A stretch of 64,000 bases of DNA from Prorocentrum cordatum (Eukaryota). This document shows, one piece after another, positions 8,429 to 18,019 of this stretch (positions within the stretch are counted from its first letter, which is position 1; each line of letters opens with the position of its first letter). The stretch covers positions 558,001 through 622,000 of the forward strand of contig CAUYUJ010000303.1 of the NCBI GenBank assembly GCA_963575745.1. Direction: 5' to 3'. Under the pieces are notes generated by a model. That model was not told the origin of the DNA, did not search any database, and was given only the letters and a program-made list of their open reading frames with translations. Position numbers and translations under genes: made by a program.

Positions 8429-11157
8429 AGGCGCCTTCGGCGCCCGCCACCTGGAAGGGTGGGCCTGCGGGGGGCCGGGGTACGCCGCCGCACACAGACT
8501 GCACCGACGCTGTTGCGGTTGCTAGGCGCGTTTGGGCACAGCGAGGGCGTGAGGGTAGGAATGCGCTCTTCCAGCGATGCTGTTGCGGCCCCGCAGGGAG
8601 GAGTACGTTCCGCCACCACGCCCTTCGCTCTGCTCCGAACCGCTTCTCGGATCCCTCGGGCCATTTTGGCCGACGCTTGCCTCAGTCGAGCGCGCCCTCC
8701 AGGGGGCCTGCAGCCCCTGAGGTTGGTGTCCCTGCTGGTGCTTGCTCTCCTTCAGGCACCTCTGCTGCTCTTGCCAAAGTCGCGCCATTCGTCGCTGACT
8801 TGTCTGCCTTGCTGCGCCTGTTCCCAGGCGCGAACATTGATATCACCCACTGGGCAGCAGCGCTGTCCCAGGTTGGGATGGGTGCTCGATGTTCTCTTGG
8901 TTCTTTCTCCCGCTCATCTATGCGTGCAATGGACAGGGACGGTCCGTACCTTTTGGGGCCGCCTCCCCGCGATCCTTGGCCGTGCCCGCCTGCTCCTCCT
9001 CTTGGTCCCCCGCCTGACGGCTTGTCGGCGAGGCGCAGGGAGCGCTGGAGACTGCGGCGCGCGGCGCGGACGCTCGCGCAGTATTCCGTTATTGCGTTGA
9101 ACTGGCTCACCTTGGGTCATCCCAGCCTCGCTCCCGCCGAGGCTCGCGTCCGTGCCACGGTCTCGCCCTGCCAGGAGGGCGTCCGCACCCGTATCGAACG
9201 GTTGTGTCGGATCGCAGTTCGCCTTGCCCGTGGCGGCAAGAGCGACCTAGGTCGGGCTTTCGCCAAGTTCGACTCCACCGAGGTCTCGCTCCATGGCCTG
9301 GCCACCCATGTTGCAGCTCTGGAGGCCTCTTTCACCTCCTCTTCTTCCGTGCCTGCCCCCATGCGGCACTGCCCGACCGGCGCTCCTCCGGTGCCTGGGT
9401 CGTTGGCGACTGCGGCGGCTTGGGACTCCACCCAGGCCGAGCCCTTCGATTTGAAAGTCAGGGCATCTCGCATCAAGTGGGATTATTCGCCAGAGTTTGA
9501 TCCCGTTCCCTTCCTCTCTGACGCGCGAGTCCGCGAAGCTTTCCTCGATCCTGAGGTTATGCGGCTACCGGCATCAGAGTGGCCTGCTGGCCAGAAGGGG
9601 GCGCGCGTCCATATGGACCGCGCCGAGCTGTGGGCCCTACTCCAGAAGTGGGATGCCTGCGGCGCCCTGTACCTGACTCCTGCTTCGGACCTCGCCTGGG
9701 ATGAAGCCTGTGGAGCTTTCAGGGTACCGAAGGACAGCGATTTCGACAGGCTGATCCTGAACCCCACGGTTGTGAACAGCCGCTGTGCTTCAATTTCTTC
9801 CAGCACCCAGCGCCTTGGCCAAGGTTTCCTCCTGTGCCGTTTGGGGCTGGCACCTGGGGAATGGCTGGCAGTTTCTTGTGACGACCTTCGGGAATTTTAC
9901 TACACGTTCCGCGTCCCTCCCGCGCGTGCCAGACGTAACGCCCTGCGCGTTCGCCTGCCATCCTCTCGTTTCAAGGCATTTCGAGCCTGGCGCCCCGAGC
10001 TGGAGGGTGTGGATGTCGCGCCCTGCCTCAATGCTCTGGCGATGGGCGACAACATGGCTGTGGAGATTGCCAACTCTGCGCATGAAGGCGTCTTGCACAG
10101 CTTCGGGGCTTTGAGGCCTCACGAGCAGGTTGTCCACCGCTCGCCCTTTCCGCGGGGCCCGTTTGTCGAGATGCTGAATATTGATGACCACACAGGTTTT
10201 CAGAAGCTCTCGTGGCGTGGCTCCGCTCCTCGCCCCGACGACCCGTGTCGCCGTGATCGTGAGGTCTTTGCCGCGTGTGATGAGGGCTACCCGCGCGTGG
10301 GCCTGATACAGCATCCAGGCAAGCGCGCGCGCGGTGAAACGCACAAAGTGGTGGTGGGCGCCGAGGTGGAGGGGCGCATAGGCATCGTCTGCGCTCCTCT
10401 TGTGCGGACAGTGGCCCTGTGCAGGCTGACCCTGATCCAAATCTACCTCGGGATCACCACCCGCTCCCTGCTAGCCTCTCTGGTGGGCTGCTGGGTCCAG
10501 GTCTTCCTCTATCGCCGCCCGTTACTCGCCATCTTTACGCACGTCTACAACTTCTTGTCGCGCCTGGCGACCGAGGACGGCATCGAATACGACCTGCCCC
10601 CTTATGTTCGCGACGAGCTCTTGGCCTGCACCTTCCTAGCCTTTACGGCTATAACCGACCTTCGGGCGCAGCCTTGCCCCGAGTTGTTCGGTACGGACGC
10701 GTCTCTCGGCTGGGGGGGCGTTGTCCGCGCTCCCATCAGCCCGCAGCTCTCTGCCGAGCTGTGGCGCAGATCGGAGCACGGGGGGTGGCACACGATTCTG
10801 CACAATCGGAGCCTCCTCGCCGTGCTCAGCCGCGGCGTGCCCGTGGGCCCTGAGCTCACCCAGCTGCATCACGACCTGGGGCTCCCTTCTCTTGAGCCCC
10901 CTGTCGCGCCGCGCTGGGTCACCGAGCTATCAGAGTCGCTGCGCTTTCGGCTCGCGTACAAATGGGAGTTTCGCATGCCTCGTCACATCAATATCCTTGA
11001 GACAACCGTGTATAAGAGTCTGTGCAAATACTGTTGTGTTCGCCTCCCCGACTCTCGGATCCCCGTCCTCTTGGATTCAAAAGTAGCTTTGGGCGCGACC
11101 GCGCACGGGCGCAGCAGCTCTCCTGGTCACATCAAATGGCCCCTCCCGCCTGGTTAG
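8429..11157 (+). CDS. Reverse transcriptase + RNase H (RNase H C-terminus apparently missing); start uncertain
   Basis: Frame of ORF 6370-11157. RT motifs: GAFRVPKDSDFDRLILNP, DDLREFYYTF, LAMGDNMAVEIA, NIDD. RNase H motifs: TDAS, HINILE, LLDSKVALGA...GRSSS. First ATG after ORF1 is at 8878. Confidence 0.9.
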
Positions 11158-14100
11158 TGGAAGCAGAGAGAGGAGAATTTACTCGCTTTGATTGCATCGC
11201 GTACGCCGACTCTCGCTCGGCATTCCCTACTTGTCTCTGGGGCCGTTTTGTTGCGCAGCTTGTGGCTCGAGGCCCCGAGGGGTTGCTCAGCCACCGTTGG
11301 GCGGCCGCCCCCACCCTCCCGTTGGGTGCGGGCATGGCCGCCGACGCCGCCGGCGACGGCGCCCAGGGCGACGCCCTTGACCCCTCGGGCGCCGCCGAGA
11401 GCAACAGCGAAGCTGCTCTCGCCAGCGGAGAGCGTCGCGGGCCTCGCAACGCGCTCTTCGCTGACAGCGGCCGGCGTTTCACGTCCACAGCAGACGCCTC
11501 GCCCAAGGCGCCTGTATTCTCGGAGGGCGGCGCGCGCGGCCCCGACCCTGCCGCCGCCAGCGCTGGTTCGGCTCCCCCAGCCGCCAAGCGCCCGCCACCC
11601 CTGGCCCTCCGCTCCAAGGCCGCAGCGGCCCCTCCGCCTGCGATCGGGGGGGGCTCGTCGCGCGTCGGCTCGCAGGAAGCGCCAAAGGGGGCCACGGCTG
11701 CTACCCCCCGCGTCTTCCAGCGAGCGGCCAGGGTGAGCGCGTCTCGCCAGCTGCTTGGCGTCGTGGACGGGGCTTCGCGCAGCACCATCGAAGCCGCCTT
11801 CAGGCGCCAGTCCTTAGTCTACCATCCAGACAGGACCCCTGCGCACTTGGGGGCTGGCGAGCGTGCAGCCCGCGCGCTCAAGTGGAAGCAGCTCTGTGAC
11901 GCCAAGTCAGTGCTGCTCCAGGCGCTCTCGCAGGCCGCCGCGCCGCCCGCTGCTCCTAGCACGGGCGGTGACGGTCCTGCCGCTCGCGCCTTCGCCCAGG
12001 CGAACGCGGCAGGGAAGGGCGCCCGCAAGGGCAAGCTGGCTCCTGGGTCGGCCATGGCCCTTCAGGCGCTCGAGGAGGCGGTCTCTTCGCGGGTCGCCCT
12101 GGCGAGTGCCGAGCTGGCCCCTCGGGCTGCCCTCCCCGCCTCGGGTGCGCCTCTCCCGAGCAGGGTTTCGTCCGCCCTCGCGACGCGGGCGGCTGAGTCC
12201 GATGCCATCCTCGCCTCCGCCGTGTCGCGCGGCCGCGTGGAGCTCGACGCGCTCCGCACCGCGCGGGCCGACGCCACAAGGCGCACGGTGCAGGCTCCAG
12301 CACGCGGCGAAGGCGAGCGTGCCGTCGCTCGCGCCGAGCTCGCGGAGGGGATGGCCGACCGCGCCTACTTCCGCCGCTTGCGCGAGGCCGCCAGTCGTGA
12401 GGCCGCGGGCTTGCCACGTACGGCTCCCGTCCAGCTGGGTCGGGATTGGCGCAAAACTCTGCGCGCCGTCCTGCACAACGCTGAGGTCTCGACGGGCCTC
12501 GCCAATGCGGATCGTGCCGCTCGTGCTGGGGACGCCCCCGCGTCGTCCACGGGGCGCTCCCTGGCCGATGTGGAGGCTGTGGACCCGCGCGCCTTGGCGA
12601 GGCCTGCCGACGACCCAGCGTCCAGCTTCAGCCGTCGCGAGGGGCGCGCTGTCCGCGCCCGTTTGGGCCCGCGGGAGGAGGCTGTCGAGGACCAGCCCAA
12701 TCGCGGTGGTCACGCACCACACTCCGCCTCGCGCACGGGCGCCGCGCGCAACAAGCGCGCCAAGAAGCAGCGGCGGGCTTCGACGGCGGCGCTTCCCGCC
12801 CCTGAAGAGGGAGCCGCCACGACGCCTGGCCGCAGGTCGCGTCGCACAGCTAATGCGCGCCACTGGGCAGGTGCCGCACGCCCCAGCTCCGCCGCGGGAG
12901 TGGGCCCTCCACCGCGGAGCCGCAGCCCTGCCCGCAGCCGTACGCGGTCGCCGAACCCGTACGGGACTGATCACACTTCGCCCTCGGGAGGCGGCTCCTC
13001 GCTTCCCATCGACGTCTCGAGCGCGCCTGAGGAGCCGTCGGGGCCGCCGGCGGGAGAGGCATCGGAGGGCCCGCACACTCCTGAGGGGTCCCCTCCAGCG
13101 AGCGCTCGCAGCCGTTCGAGAGCGGAGCCCGCGTGCGAGGAGGACTCTCCGACGGAGCTCGAGGACGTCGTTTTGAGTGCTCTCACTGACTCCTCGGTGG
13201 ACCTCGAGCGCGTCGTGGCGGGCCTGAACCCCGAGGTCCTCCGCCGCTTGCAGGCGGCCTTCCCGCGCCGCGCGGAGACCTCTCCGCCCGCCGCTCGCGC
13301 TGCGGCTCGCAGCCGCTCTCGGGGCCGCGGCCCGCGTGCTGGCCCCGAGCCGCCGCGGCCCGTTCCCCCGCCGCCGTCGCCACCCCGTCACCACTCTAGG
13401 GGGCGTGCGGCGTCGCGCTCACGTGCGCCGCTTGGGCGTCGCGCGGTGCGCTCTCCTCGAGTCGCTCCGAAGCGTCGCCCGAGCCCCGCCACCTCGCAGC
13501 GGCCAGCCAGCTCCCGCGCGGACTCCGCTGCTCAGGCTACTCCGACTTCGGTAGGCATGCGCTCTTCCAGCGATGCTGTTGCGGCCCCGCAGGGAGGAGG
13601 GCGTGCCGCCGAGGAAGGGGGGTCTTCGAGCGGCTTCGTGCGTGGCCGAGCTTCTGAACCCGAGCTGCCCCTCAGCGGCGCTCACAGCGGTGACGCTGAA
13701 AGCGCCGCGGCTGCAGCCTTCGCAGCGCGGCGCACGGCCTCGGCGGCCGCTGAGCAGCCCCTGCCTCCAGGGGCCGCGAGCGCCCTAGCGTGGCGCCTCA
13801 ACATCGGCGGCGAGAAGATCACGGTAGTGAGGTGGGGCCCCGCCTGGCAAGCTGCCTTCCAGAGTGCGGCGTCGTGGCTGAGGACTTTCGCACCCGCAGG
13901 GGCCGCCGAGCCCGAAGGCAAGGATGACCTGCACTGCCTCCTGCGGGCCCTGCACGCCTACAAGCGCCTGTTTCAGACGGGCGGCGCCGAGCCGATCGAC
14001 GAGGCCTCGTGGCTGCATCCTTACGCGGCCGTCGTCGAGCCCGAGGCTATTCCCACACATGCTGACCTCCAGGCCATGGGAGCGGGCGCCATCCGTGGCA

Positions 14101-15713
14101 TCGGGCTCGGCTCAAAGATCGAGCAGCGGCGGCGCGCGGGCAAACTGGCCTGCCTTTTCGACTTCCTGTACCACGTGCAGGACAGTCACGGCGCCATCCC
14201 AGCAGCGCTGTGGGGATCCCATTCCCCTCCGTCCGAGATCCTCGACGCCTTCGCGGAGGTGGTGCCCGTGCCTCATCATTCGGGCCTCACGTCCTCGGCA
14301 GCTCGTTCCGAGCTGGCCGAAGCAGCCGCAGCGGCGCGTGCCGAGCCGCGCCCGCCTTTTGACTGGCCGACCCTCGAGAAAGGGGACGCTCTGCCAGCCG
14401 AGATCGAAGCAGGGGCTCGCCGCGCCTACCGTAACATGGGCGGGTCCTTCAGCTCGGCGCGGGCGATGCTGGCTGAGGCGTCGGGGTTCGAGACCGACGG
14501 GCGGGACGCCCTCGTTCCGCCCTTCTACGCGTCCAGGCGCAGGAGGGCCGCCACACTCATCAGCTCTCCGAGCCCTGGCCGCCCTGCGCTCATCCTGTGG
14601 TGCGTCTGCGGCCTCTGCATCTCTCTGGGAGCCGCGGCGCCGACCGCCGGCCAAGGGCTTAGTGGAGCTGCGCCGCCCGCGCCCGCTCGCCCTCCGCGCA
14701 CTCCTTTCGTGCGCGATTCTCACCTCACCTCCGCGTATCTCGACCGTCGTTCGAGATCGATTGATGCCTTCGAGCTGTGGTTAGCAGAACACACTGGCGT
14801 GCCACCCGCCACGCTTTACCGAAGCGGGATACTTCTCGCCCGTTTCCTAGCGACCTTCGGCGTGTGGCTTCATGATGCAGGTTTTCCCCATTATATTTTG
14901 GTCCACGCCATCTTGGGAATCCAGAGCGCCCATCCGCATTGGAAGGCCTTTCTGACAGAAGCTTGGGACGTAGCGAAACAATGGAAGCTTGCGGAGCCGC
15001 CAAAGCTCCGTCCCCCCTTGCCACGCGCGCTGCTGCGCGCCATGGTCGGGCTCTGTCTCGCCTGGGACTGGCCTGTGATGGCGGCACTGCTGCTCATGGG
15101 CTTCACGATGTTCCTCAGGCCTGGCGAACTGCTGGCGTCCCGCCGCTGTGACCTGTCGCTTCCGTGCGACCGTCTCGAAGTCGAAGGAGATGCTTTTCTT
15201 TCGATTCTTGTTCCAAAGACCAGAAGAACGTACCCGACGCAACATGCTCGCTGCTCCGATCGGGGCACGGTGAAGATATTGAATCTTGTGTTTGGGAGGC
15301 TGGCTTCCACCGATCCTCTCGCCCCCTTCGGTGCGAGCGGCTTCCGTACTCGGTGGAATCATCTGCTTTTGGCTCTGGGCGTCCCCCTTGCCAAAGCAGG
15401 TCAGGGGCTCAACCTGACGCCCGCTTGTCTGCGGGGCTCTGGCGCAACAGACTTTTATATCGCCACGGAAGACGTCCCTCGCGTCTTCTGGCGAGGGCGC
15501 TGGCGTCAGGCTTCCAGTGCCGAACGCTACCTGCAAGCCGCCGCCGCCTCTACAGTTCTTGCTGCGCTCCCCGAGCACGCGCGGGCTCGTATCTTGTTCT
15601 TCGCCACCGCCAGCGACCGCCTCGTCGCTTCGTTCCTCCAAGTCGGCCCCGCCGCTTGGCCTGCCCTGCTTGCGGCCGCCCGCCAAAACCTTGTCACTTC
15701 GCAAGGTCCTTGA
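11136..15713 (+). CDS. J-domain + long low-complexity linker + tyrosine recombinase
   Basis: J-domain LLGV...IEAAFRRQSLVYHPDR...KWKQLCDAKSVL (~11740-11920, HPD at 11823-11831). YR motifs FLRPGE (R), PKTRR (K), ACLRGSGAT (HxxR position), RGRW and ERYLQ (Tyr nucleophile) at ~15110-15535. Confidence 0.88.
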   Translation: MAPPAWLVEAERGEFTRFDCIAYADSRSAFPTCLWGRFVAQLVARGPEGLLSHRWAAAPTLPLGAGMAADAAGDGAQGDALDPSGAAESNSEAALASGERRGPRNALFADSGRRFTSTADASPKAPVFSEGGARGPDPAAASAGSAPPAAKRPPPLALRSKAAAAPPPAIGGGSSRVGSQEAPKGATAATPRVFQRAARVSASRQLLGVVDGASRSTIEAAFRRQSLVYHPDRTPAHLGAGERAARALKWKQLCDAKSVLLQALSQAAAPPAAPSTGGDGPAARAFAQANAAGKGARKGKLAPGSAMALQALEEAVSSRVALASAELAPRAALPASGAPLPSRVSSALATRAAESDAILASAVSRGRVELDALRTARADATRRTVQAPARGEGERAVARAELAEGMADRAYFRRLREAASREAAGLPRTAPVQLGRDWRKTLRAVLHNAEVSTGLANADRAARAGDAPASSTGRSLADVEAVDPRALARPADDPASSFSRREGRAVRARLGPREEAVEDQPNRGGHAPHSASRTGAARNKRAKKQRRASTAALPAPEEGAATTPGRRSRRTANARHWAGAARPSSAAGVGPPPRSRSPARSRTRSPNPYGTDHTSPSGGGSSLPIDVSSAPEEPSGPPAGEASEGPHTPEGSPPASARSRSRAEPACEEDSPTELEDVVLSALTDSSVDLERVVAGLNPEVLRRLQAAFPRRAETSPPAARAAARSRSRGRGPRAGPEPPRPVPPPPSPPRHHSRGRAASRSRAPLGRRAVRSPRVAPKRRPSPATSQRPASSRADSAAQATPTSVGMRSSSDAVAAPQGGGRAAEEGGSSSGFVRGRASEPELPLSGAHSGDAESAAAAAFAARRTASAAAEQPLPPGAASALAWRLNIGGEKITVVRWGPAWQAAFQSAASWLRTFAPAGAAEPEGKDDLHCLLRALHAYKRLFQTGGAEPIDEASWLHPYAAVVEPEAIPTHADLQAMGAGAIRGIGLGSKIEQRRRAGKLACLFDFLYHVQDSHGAIPAALWGSHSPPSEILDAFAEVVPVPHHSGLTSSAARSELAEAAAAARAEPRPPFDWPTLEKGDALPAEIEAGARRAYRNMGGSFSSARAMLAEASGFETDGRDALVPPFYASRRRRAATLISSPSPGRPALILWCVCGLCISLGAAAPTAGQGLSGAAPPAPARPPRTPFVRDSHLTSAYLDRRSRSIDAFELWLAEHTGVPPATLYRSGILLARFLATFGVWLHDAGFPHYILVHAILGIQSAHPHWKAFLTEAWDVAKQWKLAEPPKLRPPLPRALLRAMVGLCLAWDWPVMAALLLMGFTMFLRPGELLASRRCDLSLPCDRLEVEGDAFLSILVPKTRRTYPTQHARCSDRGTVKILNLVFGRLASTDPLAPFGASGFRTRWNHLLLALGVPLAKAGQGLNLTPACLRGSGATDFYIATEDVPRVFWRGRWRQASSAERYLQAAAASTVLAALPEHARARILFFATASDRLVASFLQVGPAAWPALLAAARQNLVTSQGP

Positions 15714-15724
15714 GCACGGGTATG

Positions 15725-16128
15725 GCTGCCTCGCCGACCTCGGCGACCAGACGGACTCCACCGTCTGACGCGCGGCGCCCCGGCTTGAGCGCGCGGGACG
15801 GGCCTGCCCATTTTGGGCCGCCCCGCGCGCGCACGCCGCGGCCGCGCTCGGAGACAGCTCGCTGGCGCGCGAGCGGGAGAATGCTTCTTCTATTCTCTGT
15901 GAGCAAGCTCCTGCTGTCTCCGCAGCTTCTCAGCCCCCCTCCCTCCTCTCCCACTCTAAGGCTGACGGGCGCTGCCTCGCCGACCTCGGCGACCAGACGG
16001 ACTCCACCGTCTGACGCGCGGCGCCCCGGCTTGAGCGCGCGGGACGGGCCTGCCCATTTTGGGCCGCCCCGCGCGCGCACGCCGCGGCCGCGCTCGGAGA
16101 CAGCTCGCTGGCGCGCGAGCGGGAGAAT
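15725..16128 (+). repeat. 3' split direct repeats B1-A2-B2
   Basis: Exact duplication of the 158-bp B repeat around a copy of the 55-bp A repeat plus a 34-bp spacer. Confidence 0.95.
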
Positions 16129-16836
16129 CCTCCTCCTCCTCCTCCTCCTCCTCCCGCGTCGGTCTCCAGAGGCCGCGGGGCCCGGGGGAAGCGGAGCTGA
16201 GGCCGTGGTGGCCCGGGCACGCCGGCACCGCCACGCGTCTTGCCCTTCCACTGCGAGCATGCTTCATTCTCAAGGGCTCGAGGGCGCGAGGTGATTCGCG
16301 CTTCTCGGTTCGGCTCTGATTTCTCCTCATCCTCCCTTTTCTGCCCTGGGAGGCGGCGCGAGAGCGCGAGGTTATTCGCACTTCGCGCAGCGCGAAACGC
16401 GAAGTTGGGAGCCCTTGTTCGTTCCACCAACACGCCGTAGCGCTTCCCAAGAGGCCCCGAAAGACTCCCAAGACGCCGCCAAGGGCCCCGAGAGGCGTCT
16501 CAACAGTCCACGGTCCAGTCAACTTCTGACCCACAGCCCAGGCATGGCAATCTTTCTTCAAAGGGATTCCAGGAAGTCCTTTTTTTTCAAACTTACCCTC
16601 GGCTTGTTCTTGCACAACGGGCCATCTTTAAGGCCCCCGTCACCACCGAAGAAAGATCTCAGGAAGCCATCGAGGGCCCAACTACATCGAACACCTAAAG
16701 GGAATGTGTGATTTAGTGATTTCCGCATTTCCCCTTCTACACGTTTCCGAGGCTTGCGCAGGGACTCCGATGAGGTCGTTAGATGCACAAGGCACTTCGA
16801 ACATTGATTTTCCATGCGTTAGCCTGTCGAGCCTAG

Positions 16837-16877
16837 CTAGAACTTGAGCGCGCGCAAAGCGCGCGCGATGGTTCTAG
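16837..16877 (+). mobile_element. Helitron-like 3' terminus
   Basis: GCGCGCGC-AAA-GCGCGCGC hairpin followed by GATGGTTCTAG, then T and a (TA)n tract. Confidence 0.45.
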
Positions 16878-16907
16878 TATATTATATGTACATTATATAT
16901 AAGTGTG

Positions 16908-16979
<72 letters not shown>

Positions 16980-18019
16980 CACAAGTGGCACGTGTGTGCC
17001 CAGGCTCATACAAAAAATGAAAGGGCGTTTGAAGCAGGAAGACACCATGACTGCAGGATCGGAGATGGAGAAGGGGAAGCTGGGGCGGCGCCGCCAGGGC
17101 GTGCCTAAGAGAAGGGGAAGAGGCAGGAGTTGAACGCAGAAGAATCTAAGATCGAGGTCGCACTCGAGCGCAAGTGGGGTTGCCACACCTTGCGATGTGT
17201 GTACCAGGGCCCCCCAGGAAACCTCAGGAGGCCCCACTTGGATACCGGAAGAGGCTCCACGAGGCCCCGGTATTGTGAGTGTCGTGTGTGTATGATGTGT
17301 GTTCTGTGGTGTACGTGTTTTCTGTGCGTTGTAGGTGTTGTGTGTTATGTATGTCTAGCGTGTGATGTGGTGGGTGTGATTTGTGTCTCTGTATGTGCAT
17401 GTAGTTCTGAGGCCCCAGGAGGCCCCAGGCGGCCTCAGGAGGCCCCAGACGACCCCAGGAGGCTCCAGGAGGCCCCAAGAGGCTCTAGAAGGCCGCAGGA
17501 GGCCCCAGGAGGTTCCAGGAGACCCCCAGAAGGCTCCGAGGCGGGGTCTGGGTACAAGATGGTACAGAAAGCCCCAGGAGTCCCCAGGAGGTCCCAGGAG
17601 GCTCCCAAGAGGCTCCGAGGCGGGGTCTGGGGTACCAGAAGGTACGTCGGGGCTCGATTTTGGGAGGATAACTCAGGCGAAATCGCCATTCTCTGAGATT
17701 CGGGGCCAAAATCATTGAAATTACCATGTGTTTTTGAAGGCTGTATGTTAGAATGTTGAAATTCCCATGTGTTTCTGGACCCTGACGTCACGATCTGCGT
17801 GAGGGGTGCCACCGAGACCCAAAATTTCGAGGATGTACCTAGCGAAGCGGCCAGAAAAATCGCGATCGCGGCGCCCCGCGTACGCACGAATCGCCTCTGA
17901 GTTTTATTCCCTCGGAGAGGTGCGTATGAGAATATGTATATATATGTATATATATTATAGATGTACCGATACGACCACCCTTCGGGTGATAAGGAGGTTC
18001 GGGGGGGAGCAACCAACGT

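Larger units (their letters stand above)
5873..16128 (+). mobile_element. Tyrosine-recombinase (DIRS order) retrotransposon with split direct repeats (Ngaro/PAT/VIPER-type architecture)
   Basis: A1 5873-5927 is identical to A2 15882-15936 (55 bp). B1 15725-15882 is identical to B2 15971-16128 (158 bp). Order is A1-ORFs-B1-A2-B2. The element encodes RT, RNase H and YR, and sits in a (CCT)n tract with no obvious TSD. Confidence 0.93.

Noticed and set aside
11907..13394. 495-aa minus-strand ORF
   Set aside because: Antisense to the J/YR ORF in very GC-rich sequence; no recognisable domain.
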